Source of the DNA: a virus
Taxonomy: Duplodnaviria; Caudoviricetes
DNA: 43,130 nt
IMG/VR virus record: IMGVR_UViG_3300037313_000786
Location: 1 to 43,130 of that record
Direction: 5' to 3' (one strand)
Positions 8,520 through 16,541 of the stretch are shown here, in pieces. Position 1 is the first letter of the stretch. Each line of letters begins with the position of its first letter. The notes below the pieces were generated by a model. The model saw only the letters and a program-made list of their open reading frames with translations. It made no database searches and was not told where the DNA came from. The position numbers and the translations under genes are program-made.

Positions 8520-8687
8520 CTAGAAGGCGAAGCTCAGCACGGCATTGCGAAGGTTGGTGGCAGTGTCGGGAGCAAGCATCCCGAACGCAGTCATCAGCGT
8601 CAGGATCAGGATCAGCATGTTCTTTGTCCTGGGATCGCCAAGCCTGTTATAGACCAGGCTCCACGCGGCGAGCAGCTTGTCTTTCAT
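8520..8687 (-). CDS. Small membrane protein (holin/antiholin candidate; not in ORF track)
   Basis: MKDKLLAAWS...MLILILTLMTAFGML; ATGA overlap with the endolysin stop. Confidence 0.6.
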   Translation of the reverse strand: MKDKLLAAWSLVYNRLGDPRTKNMLILILTLMTAFGMLAPDTATNLRNAVLSFAF

Positions 8688-9124
8688 GGCAGCGTTCCAT
8701 CCAGGTAGAGGTGGGTTTCGGCCGCGCGGCGCTTGACGAGGCCGGGCAGGATTTTGCCGCCAGCATGAATCCAGCGCCCGAACTCTGCGGCTGCTCCGGC
8801 GTAGTTTCGGGCCTTGTGCTTCATCAGCAGGGTCGAGCCCTGAAGGCTTCGTGCGCCCAGATTGAAAACGAAGTCCGTTAGGGCGTCCAGCTGCCCCTGT
8901 GACACGTTGCCATTGGTCAGCTTGAGAACGCTGTCGCAGGCGTGTGTCGCGTCGGTGTGGAGAAGCGCCTCGGCTTCATCCACGGTGATCTTCTTGTTGT
9001 CGGATACGTCGGGGCCGGTGTGCCCGTAACCGATGGTCAGCACGCCAACTGGATCGCGGTAGGCTTTGAGTCGAAGTCCTTCCGACTTGCGGATCAGCGC
9101 GAAGCAGGCGGCGCTAGGCATCAT
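8684..9124 (-). CDS. Endolysin, GH24 lysozyme
   Basis: EGLRLKAYRD..GVLTIGYGHT, FNLG and GLVKRR motifs. Confidence 0.93.
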   Translation of the reverse strand: MMPSAACFALIRKSEGLRLKAYRDPVGVLTIGYGHTGPDVSDNKKITVDEAEALLHTDATHACDSVLKLTNGNVSQGQLDALTDFVFNLGARSLQGSTLLMKHKARNYAGAAAEFGRWIHAGGKILPGLVKRRAAETHLYLDGTLP

Positions 9125-9269
9125 GTCGGGCCGCTCGGTCGAGGCGGTCAAGCCATTCAGGAGGGAGCGGATCAGCCGCATAGCCTTCATACAGAGCCCT
9201 CAGCGTTGCCGAGATCGCTTCCCTGCGCTCGCGGTATTGGTCGTTGGAAAGGCCGCGGATGCGTTTCAT
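9114..9269 (-). CDS. NepR-like anti-sigma factor homolog (51 aa, not in ORF track)
   Basis: AISATLRALYEGYAADPLPPEWLDRLDR resembles the NepR core I..LR..Y.....EP.P..L.L.L. Confidence 0.65.
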   Translation of the reverse strand: MKRIRGLSNDQYRERREAISATLRALYEGYAADPLPPEWLDRLDRAARHDA

Positions 9270-9451
9270 TCTCGCCCCCTTGCAGGCCCGTATTTGATCC
9301 GGTCATGGATTCTGATCCCGCCGAGGATGACGGAAACGGCTGCTGCCATGATCGACATGACCACTGCGGCCTGAGCTAGTGACACGGCCGCAACTCCCGC
9401 AAACAACCACGCAAGGTTCTCCACGAGCTTGGAATGTTCGTGGAGTGTCAT
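9266..9451 (-). CDS. Putative holin
   Basis: Two TM segments, basic C-terminus, upstream of endolysin. Confidence 0.65.
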   Translation of the reverse strand: MTLHEHSKLVENLAWLFAGVAAVSLAQAAVVMSIMAAAVSVILGGIRIHDRIKYGPARGRE

Positions 9452-9696
9452 TTCCCGATCGCCAGTCGGCAGTGGCCCTGCCCCAGAAAGAAGTCGATCA
9501 CCGCTTCGGCAATCAGAGCCGACTTGTGCCCCTCAAGCGCGTTTCTGCCGACCCATGATGAGATGGTTTCATCGGGATTGGGCTGCTCGCGATCAAACCA
9601 GACATAGAGCCAGCCCCTGAGCCAGCAGGCGGCGAGCTGGTCGGCCGCTGTGAACATGATCGGAAACCATAGGAATAGGCGGTCTAGGATACGCAC
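9448..9696 (-). CDS. Small phage protein (DETISS motif)
   Basis: GGGAG RBS before GTG; PDETISS.VG...ID.F...HC. Confidence 0.65.
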   Translation of the reverse strand: MRILDRLFLWFPIMFTAADQLAACWLRGWLYVWFDREQPNPDETISSWVGRNALEGHKSALIAEAVIDFFLGQGHCRLAIGK

Positions 9697-9765
9697 GGCA
9701 GAACTCCCGCTTTGCGTCGGTGGTAAATTCGGGTTAACGTGGGTGTGCTCGGGTAAGGGGGTGGC

Positions 9766-10056
9766 GTGCGTCACCAGAAGATCGATGTTCCAGAGCAGTC
9801 CCTGCTTCGGCGGCTGTTCCCGACGCTAACGAACGTCAATCCGGACGTGACGTGGATGGACTGGGTGATGCTCGTAATGGGCTTCTTCTTCTTCCTCGCC
9901 CCGACAGCGGCTTTGGTGCGCGGCGCTTGCGGGCTCGAAGTGACCGGCGGCGACATCGACGTCATCAGGCACCCGACGGCAGAGGACATCAGGAGGTCGC
10001 ATCTCCCGCCTGAAGACCCGTTCGAGCGCATGGCGCACGGGCTGAGCCCGCACTAG
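9766..10056 (+). CDS. Counter-oriented single-TM protein (moron candidate)
   Basis: TM segment WMDWVMLVMGFFFFLA; AAGGGGG RBS; fills the gap between tail and lysis genes. Confidence 0.5.
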   Translation: MRHQKIDVPEQSLLRRLFPTLTNVNPDVTWMDWVMLVMGFFFFLAPTAALVRGACGLEVTGGDIDVIRHPTAEDIRRSHLPPEDPFERMAHGLSPH

Positions 10057-10799
10057 CTGCGCGGATAAGCCGAAGTCGGAACGGTGAATCCTGCGTCTGA
10101 GCCGTAGCGCGCAACGCCCTTAGTGATGCGGATTTCATCCATTTGTCCGTTGAAGTCGAAGGACGGGGCTGGGTCGCCGAAGCCGATGGAGCCGAGCACC
10201 ATGTGACCCGCGGTCGTCTGGACGGTGTGGTCCATCAGGAGCGAGGCAACCATCGTGCCGTCTCTGTAAATCCGGCCCTTGCCGGTCGCGTCCCGGTCGT
10301 ATGCAAGATGATACCACGGGGCCGATGCTCCGATCGTTGGGGCCCAGGCGACCTGACAGTTCATTTGGGCAATCGGGTCAGGCGTGTAGATGGTGAAAGT
10401 CAGATTACCGCCGGTGATGTAGAACAGCCATGCCGTGCCCGCCGCCGAACCGCTATCGTTCACATAGCCGATCAGCATCTGGCTACTGGTTTTGCTCTGG
10501 AACCGGAAAAAGCCCTCGATCGTGAACGGGCTGTTGGCGAAGGCGAAGTCGGAACTGTTCGGCGTGTGGATATAGTCTCCAGACCCGTCGAAGGTCGCGC
10601 AAGACGAGCCGAACTTGAATTGTGATGTCGTGATCTGAGCATTGCCTACGGCCGTCATCGCGCGAGCGACCGGGCTTTCATCCACAAACGAGGTCGAGCC
10701 ATTCGTGCCCTCGAAGCCCATGAGCAGCTTGACGCTGGAGAAGTTGGGGTCGGTGCCGCCCGCCGCGGCGTATCGATATGGGTTGACCAGGCAGCTCAT
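10053..10799 (-). CDS. LamG/ConA-like tail fibre or receptor-binding protein
   Basis: FTIEGF, WYHLA and FNGQMDEIRITKG motifs. Confidence 0.85.
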   Translation of the reverse strand: MSCLVNPYRYAAAGGTDPNFSSVKLLMGFEGTNGSTSFVDESPVARAMTAVGNAQITTSQFKFGSSCATFDGSGDYIHTPNSSDFAFANSPFTIEGFFRFQSKTSSQMLIGYVNDSGSAAGTAWLFYITGGNLTFTIYTPDPIAQMNCQVAWAPTIGASAPWYHLAYDRDATGKGRIYRDGTMVASLLMDHTVQTTAGHMVLGSIGFGDPAPSFDFNGQMDEIRITKGVARYGSDAGFTVPTSAYPRS

Positions 10800-11650
10800 T
10801 ACTGATGCCCGATCAGATAGACCTTCAGGCCCTTGGCGGTCCCATCACCCACCTGGTCGATGTCCACCGTAATCTCTGCATCGTCAGCGATTGAGCTGTC
10901 GGAAATGACCGCCGCCGTGGCCGCCGTCGTCGAGGTTTTTTTCGTGTTGTCGATGGTGAGCTTGGTAGAGAGAATCGACGTTCCCGCCTCATTGATGTCC
11001 ACGGTGAAGATCGAGCCTGACGTTTGGGCTGTCGTCAGGGATGCACGAACCGCCGTCACCGTGAAGGCGTAGGGCATCCGGAATGTGATCTTGGCGGTTC
11101 CGCTGGTCAGGGCCGTGGTTTCGTCGGAGCACGCGAGGATGAGACTTTCCGTGCCGTGCGCCGCAGCGAGCGCTTCGATCTTGTCGCGGACGGCGTTCTT
11201 CGTCGGGACTTCCGTGCTGCCGTCCCAAGTCGCTTCGTCATAGGCATCGTCGGGAACCTCAAGGGCTCCCGTCATCGTATCGCCCGTCAGAAGGACATAG
11301 TTGCCAACAGGGGACGAAAGCGTGCTCCAGGCCGCCCCGTCATAACCGATGAAGGCGTTCTCATCGCTGACCCAGGCGGTAAAGCCCTCGATTGCGGTAA
11401 TGAAGGCCCACGCTGTGTTGACGCGGAACGCGATCTTGCCAGCTTGCCCGGACCATGCGTCCGTAGGTGACGCGGCCACGAGATAACAGTCGCCATCAGC
11501 CGGTGAGGCGGGGGGCGTCGCAAGATCGCGATCCTTGAAGATGAAATGCCCAGCGCCGCTTTCGAGGTAGCGGATTTGTTCGTTGACCGTCGTTTCAGGC
11601 GTTGCTTGCCCGGACACGAGTTCAGGCGCGCCGAGGCGTGGCGTCGTCAT
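10799..11650 (-). CDS. DUF2793 tail-associated protein
   Basis: TPRLG...Q...E.TVNE; PPASPADGDCYLVA....W.G. Confidence 0.85.
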   Translation of the reverse strand: MTTPRLGAPELVSGQATPETTVNEQIRYLESGAGHFIFKDRDLATPPASPADGDCYLVAASPTDAWSGQAGKIAFRVNTAWAFITAIEGFTAWVSDENAFIGYDGAAWSTLSSPVGNYVLLTGDTMTGALEVPDDAYDEATWDGSTEVPTKNAVRDKIEALAAAHGTESLILACSDETTALTSGTAKITFRMPYAFTVTAVRASLTTAQTSGSIFTVDINEAGTSILSTKLTIDNTKKTSTTAATAAVISDSSIADDAEITVDIDQVGDGTAKGLKVYLIGHQ

Positions 11651-11679
11651 GCGCTAATCATCCTGCAATGGAAGAAGGG

Positions 11680-14600
11680 TCAGGCGGCTAGAGCGAAGCC
11701 CCGGCCAGCAACGTCACTCATCTGGTAGGCATTGTACGACGGAGGAACGCCGACCGTCCCGCCGTCCGCTGCGATCTCGGTTCCGGTGTAAGTGAACGTA
11801 TTCGTCCCCGTGACCGTGATCGTCCTGAGAACATCGGCACCGTCGAGGATATCCACCTCATAGGCTTCAGAGTTCTCGCTGAGCGGAATGGTCGAGCCGC
11901 CGTTCCACGAACCGCCCACCCGCGTTCGGCGGATGATCTCCCCGAACATATCCGCCCCGTCTGTCGTCCACTTGACCCGAGCCGGTGCGTAGGGCCTCAG
12001 CGTGTCCCCGTCATACGTAAGATCGATCGCCGCCGCCGCATCCACCGAGCGTCCCGCCGTCTGAATCTTGAACGACAGCGCATCTCCGATGGAATCGGTG
12101 CCCGTCGTGGTCGCCACAGCCTTGTTCAGAAGGATGATCTGATCGCCCGCAGCGTGATTAGACACGTTGCCTTCCGTGCCCCTGCGCCCGCGCTTGAACC
12201 CGGATAGCGTATAGGTGTTCGCGGTGCCCGATGCCCCCGTGAGGGTCGCCGTCGTGAAATTGAGATATTCCCAGCGCCCGTCCTCACCCAAGGCGATCAT
12301 GTTTAGCGTCGGATCGGCGTCGATCTCCGCTTCCGTATGACTGGTGAGCGTGCCGTAAACTGTGACATCAAGAGTATTGCCGCGATCCCACAGGTTCGGG
12401 TTTGCGGTCACTAATGCCGAAGTCGCGTAGCCCCACATCGCGCCGCCAGTGCTGTCGATCCGCCCCCACAGGGTGTCGTAAGTGCCGTCACTGCCCTCGT
12501 AAATCGACGCCCCGGTCCACGTGACCCCGTAAGAACCCGCGGCGACATACAGCACCGGATTCACGTCGTTGTCCGCGTCCTGGATCAAGGGGGCGTCGAT
12601 AATGAACCCCTTGGTCGGACCGGGAACCTCGATAACGTCGTCATCCCGTCCGTCCTGATCCGGCCCGGCCCTGCCGTTCAATACGGAAAAGCTGATCTCG
12701 TCCCTGACGAACTCGCAGTCAAGCGTTCCCTGCCCGATGGTGATCTTGTCCAGCCGGACGTTCCGCAAAGCTCCATCGAGAGAAACCGTCGTAACGTCGC
12801 CCGGCTCCAGCGCATATTGCTGCGCCGTCAACTGAAGCTTGGACCGTTCTCTGCTGTTCCACAGCCGGCGGAAATACCTGTCCGCCTTCTGCTGCGCTCC
12901 GGATGGAGTATCCACGAACGTCGAGAGGTCGATCGTCTCTTCGCGCGTCGAGTCCACCGCATCCAACGGACGCTGGGCAATGACGGTGTTTTGCTGCTGG
13001 TCCTTGTCCGCGTCGGCAAAGTTGAACGTCACCCGCCGGGGAAGGTCGGTGTCCTGCTGGATCGTGACCGTGTAGCGTGGATCGTTGCGAACGAAGTTTT
13101 CGGTGAGCAGGGTTCCCGAAGGCGCAGACCCTCGATTAACAAACTGAACTATAAAATCATGGGGCCGCGCGTCAACATCGTAAATGTCGAAAAGCGGAGA
13201 AAGAATATCCTTCGCCGACCCTTGCGTAATCGAATATCCGAGAACTGTTTGCGTGAGCTGCGACGTGTCCTGCCCCGTCAGCCCAACCCAACCGGAAACC
13301 TCGTCAACGATGGTCGCGAGCGTCACCCCATCTGAAGAGATGCGGTTGAGGTAACGAATAGTCACCTTCGTATCGGTGATATTGCGTCCCCATATCGCAT
13401 CATTTACACGGTCGTAGATGGCGTTGAGTCCGCCTCCGGAAACCGCCCAGTCATCCGCGTTGATCGTCTGGACGACGGTTAGGTCTTGTGTCGAATACTT
13501 GCTGAAGCCGAGCCAGATTTCCGTGTCGCCTGGACGAGTCGATTCCCAAGGAGAGGACAGGGACGAATTGACGGGGGCATCTACAGGCCCCGCATCGACC
13601 GCAAAAGTATCCTTGTTGACGAGATAAATTTTATCGTCCTGCCAAACGAAGAACTGGCCATTTCCGTTGTCCAGAGCATAGGCTGGTCCGCTGGTGCTTT
13701 CCGCGACGATCTGGGAAGTCCCGAGCAGCGTCGCGTCGAGCGGAAAGAAGCCGAACCCCGATGCATAGGTCGCGATGTCGGTCGCAACGCCGCCGACCGC
13801 CCACCACTGGCCGTCCACGTCCTCGAAATACCATGCCGGATGGAACCCGACTTCCAATCCAGTAACAGCCCCGCCGCCGACATACTTGATCTGGTTCGAC
13901 AGCAAGCTCGCCGTGCCGTAGAGCCCGACGTCCGTATTCCACACGCCACCGCCCATCGTGCCGGTGCCGATGACCGTCGCCGCGCCGCCCTCGCTAATCA
14001 GCGCGACATTGCCGTCATATTGTCCGGTATAGAACGATCCATCCGCATTGACGGCGATCCGCGCTGCACTGACGTTGAGCGGGCTCGATGCGATCAGCGT
14101 CCGTGAAGCAACGTCCCACACCTCGAAGCCGAACGTGGCGTGGAAAATAAGCTTGCTGAAGTCCGGCGAAAACTGCGCGGCTTCCGTGCTGAAGTCGGTG
14201 TTCAGCTGCTCGAACGGGAAGGCGTTGACCTTGTTCCTGACCACATCGACCGAGATTTGGGGAATGCGGTTGCCGGAATTCTCCAGCGGGATTTCCTGAA
14301 AGACGATGTAGGCCGATCCGCGATAGGCTGGGGTTGTGTCCGGGCCATAACGGTCCTCGCACCATGCGACGATCCGATGGTCCGGGTTCTGGGTCTCTGT
14401 CCCCTTGTAAACCCGCATGTTGACGCCCTGCGACAGCTTTTGACTGTCACTGTCGCCTTCGTTCCCGAACAGGGCCGCGAGAGAAATCGGGCCGGCGCGG
14501 GTGCGATCGAACACCTTGCGCTTGTCGAACCAGATGGCCGCGACCTCATCGATCTCCTGGTCGCACAGCAGGACAGCCCACGTTCCGTAATATTTATACT

Positions 14601-14838
14601 GATCGTATTTGCCGCCCTTGGTCTTCTGGGTGGTCTTGACCTCGTGGAGCTGTTCCGCCCAGATGATCTGCGGCTGAATCTTGCGCGAGCCCCAGATGCG
14701 CGGGATGACGGAGCCATAGTCCGCGAGCGATACGTTCAGATCATCGAGGCGCGGCCCTTTCAGATGCGGAGCCATCGCCATCTGAAGGCCGATCATGGCA
14801 ACGTCCATGACGATCATGGCTGTGAACGGATCAGCCAT
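11680..14838 (-). CDS. Central tail/host-specificity protein (GTA-like)
   Basis: IPRIWG, PAYRG.AYIVF, GNRIPQ, LEPGD and RGRRGT motifs. Confidence 0.88.
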   Translation of the reverse strand: MADPFTAMIVMDVAMIGLQMAMAPHLKGPRLDDLNVSLADYGSVIPRIWGSRKIQPQIIWAEQLHEVKTTQKTKGGKYDQYKYYGTWAVLLCDQEIDEVAAIWFDKRKVFDRTRAGPISLAALFGNEGDSDSQKLSQGVNMRVYKGTETQNPDHRIVAWCEDRYGPDTTPAYRGSAYIVFQEIPLENSGNRIPQISVDVVRNKVNAFPFEQLNTDFSTEAAQFSPDFSKLIFHATFGFEVWDVASRTLIASSPLNVSAARIAVNADGSFYTGQYDGNVALISEGGAATVIGTGTMGGGVWNTDVGLYGTASLLSNQIKYVGGGAVTGLEVGFHPAWYFEDVDGQWWAVGGVATDIATYASGFGFFPLDATLLGTSQIVAESTSGPAYALDNGNGQFFVWQDDKIYLVNKDTFAVDAGPVDAPVNSSLSSPWESTRPGDTEIWLGFSKYSTQDLTVVQTINADDWAVSGGGLNAIYDRVNDAIWGRNITDTKVTIRYLNRISSDGVTLATIVDEVSGWVGLTGQDTSQLTQTVLGYSITQGSAKDILSPLFDIYDVDARPHDFIVQFVNRGSAPSGTLLTENFVRNDPRYTVTIQQDTDLPRRVTFNFADADKDQQQNTVIAQRPLDAVDSTREETIDLSTFVDTPSGAQQKADRYFRRLWNSRERSKLQLTAQQYALEPGDVTTVSLDGALRNVRLDKITIGQGTLDCEFVRDEISFSVLNGRAGPDQDGRDDDVIEVPGPTKGFIIDAPLIQDADNDVNPVLYVAAGSYGVTWTGASIYEGSDGTYDTLWGRIDSTGGAMWGYATSALVTANPNLWDRGNTLDVTVYGTLTSHTEAEIDADPTLNMIALGEDGRWEYLNFTTATLTGASGTANTYTLSGFKRGRRGTEGNVSNHAAGDQIILLNKAVATTTGTDSIGDALSFKIQTAGRSVDAAAAIDLTYDGDTLRPYAPARVKWTTDGADMFGEIIRRTRVGGSWNGGSTIPLSENSEAYEVDILDGADVLRTITVTGTNTFTYTGTEIAADGGTVGVPPSYNAYQMSDVAGRGFALAA

Positions 14839-15295
14839 TCCGCCACCTCCACACGCTATCCAGCTCGAACTTGGTCAAAAGCGCATCCACGCGGGTTTCC
14901 TTGACCCACGCCCTCGATGCGATTTGCGCATGGACCGCCCGCAAATGCCCATTCAACTCGCGGGAGACGATCGCCAGATGACATGGCTGCTTGACCGAAA
15001 GCAGAAGAACGTCACCTGGCCTGGGTTCGTCGGCACGGTCGAACAAAGCGGCCATGCCCTCCCTCAGCAAAGGCCCCGGAACACCGCCCTTCCTGCCAAT
15101 GTCATAATCTATGAACGTCGCGTAGAAGCTGTCCGCCTCGGGGAAATTGAGTTCCCGAGCGACGCCCCAGACGAGCCCCTTGCAGTCGCAACCGATCTGC
15201 TTGGCAGAGGCTTGCGGGTGGAACTTGGTCCCAACCCATTCCAAAGCCTCTTTCGCGATCAATTCGTTGCGGGAAGGCTTCTTTTTGCGCGGCAT
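14831..15295 (-). CDS. NlpC/P60 tail peptidase
   Basis: WVGT.FH, GCDC.GLV.GV, PGDVLL, H motifs. Confidence 0.88.
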   Translation of the reverse strand: MPRKKKPSRNELIAKEALEWVGTKFHPQASAKQIGCDCKGLVWGVARELNFPEADSFYATFIDYDIGRKGGVPGPLLREGMAALFDRADEPRPGDVLLLSVKQPCHLAIVSRELNGHLRAVHAQIASRAWVKETRVDALLTKFELDSVWRWRNG

Positions 15296-16188
15296 CAGTT
15301 CCCGCTGCCACCCGGTATCGGCATACGAAGAACCTGATCCGAACCAGGAACTTCGGGATAGCCTCTGAAATTGATGACGTTGTTATAGGTCAGGCAGGTC
15401 GGCATGGTCGCATCATCCGACTTCCTGAGCTTGGAGCAGCCGTTCTTCAGGGTGAACGTGTCGCCGACTGCGGGAGCCTCGACCAATGGCGCAAACAGGA
15501 TCAGCGTCCCCGTGCCGTCGCCGTTGTCTTCCCAATCGAGGATTTCCATCGTTGTCCCGGTGTTCGCTCCCGTGAGTCCGATGACCGTTCCCATGTTGTA
15601 GAAGTCGTCCGTCTGCGCACCGGCGTTGGTGACGGTGAACCGCATTGCATCGGTGACTGCGGTAACAGCCTCGTCAAAGGTTGTCGGGGTCGCACCGCAC
15701 CGCGCATCGCCGAAGTCGGCGTCGCACTGGTTGGTGATGACCTTGCCCACCACCTGATTGTAGCGATCCGTGTCGGAACGGATTTCAAATACGAACTTGC
15801 CGCCCTCGACCCGCGCTTCCGACACGTTGCCGGCCATAATCTTGATCGCGCCGGCCGTCAGGTCTTTCCAGTTGACCTCGAACAGCCTTGCCCGCGCGCG
15901 GTTGAACCGTCCTCCGAGAATGCCGTCGAGCGAAACCGTGTCCCCGATGGGGCCGGTGACTTCGTAATTGTCCGCGTCCAAACCGCAGGATAAAGATACG
16001 TTCGAGGTGAGGATTCCCGTCCCCGCCTCGTAAGTCACCGCGCCGTCGCCGATATCGTATGGGAGCGGCTTGTCGTGATCGGTGATCCCGATGGTCGTTC
16101 CGTCGTTGAGGTCGAGCAGGAGCATCTTGCAGCGGGTATGGGAGCGTCCCGCCAGATGCTTCTGCATTGCGGAGGCGAGCGTCCTCAC
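15295..16188 (-). CDS. DUF2163 baseplate hub protein
   Basis: TDHD, C.ADFGD.RC and NFRGYP.VPG motifs. Confidence 0.88.
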   Translation of the reverse strand: MRTLASAMQKHLAGRSHTRCKMLLLDLNDGTTIGITDHDKPLPYDIGDGAVTYEAGTGILTSNVSLSCGLDADNYEVTGPIGDTVSLDGILGGRFNRARARLFEVNWKDLTAGAIKIMAGNVSEARVEGGKFVFEIRSDTDRYNQVVGKVITNQCDADFGDARCGATPTTFDEAVTAVTDAMRFTVTNAGAQTDDFYNMGTVIGLTGANTGTTMEILDWEDNGDGTGTLILFAPLVEAPAVGDTFTLKNGCSKLRKSDDATMPTCLTYNNVINFRGYPEVPGSDQVLRMPIPGGSGN

Positions 16189-16541
16189 TCGCGCACTTCC
16201 TTGATGGTGAAGCTCTCGATCTTATGGAACGGGCCAACGGTGTTGGTGAACTGGAGGTCGGCGTCGAACCGGACCTTCACCACATCGCCAGAACGCTCGT
16301 CATTCCAGTTGAATGTGTGCGTCCCGCCTTCCGTCTCGTAGAACATCTGCTCGACGGCGGCGTGATCTGAACTCGTTAGCTGGGCGTTGTTGTAGGAGAT
16401 TTCCCACGAGCGGAGCGGGGTTTCCCAGCGGCTGTTGCGCACTTCGTTCCCGCCGTCCGTGGTGACGATCTCCACGTCCCACATCAGGCTTCTGCGGGCA
16501 CCGGCCTCGATGCCCGATGGGAGCGACTTGTTGATGTGCAT
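16185..16541 (-). CDS. DUF2460-like distal tail protein
   Basis: G.E.RNSRW..PLR.W and VRFD motifs. Confidence 0.8.
   Translation of the reverse strand: MHINKSLPSGIEAGARRSLMWDVEIVTTDGGNEVRNSRWETPLRSWEISYNNAQLTSSDHAAVEQMFYETEGGTHTFNWNDERSGDVVKVRFDADLQFTNTVGPFHKIESFTIKEVRE

Noticed and set aside
9125-9190. Endolysin N-terminal extension from ATG 9190
   Set aside because: Better explained by the overlapping NepR-like ORF; start near 9124 preferred
15329-15343. GAAC-N7-GAAC LexA-like box
   Set aside because: Inside a tail gene with no evident promoter; likely chance
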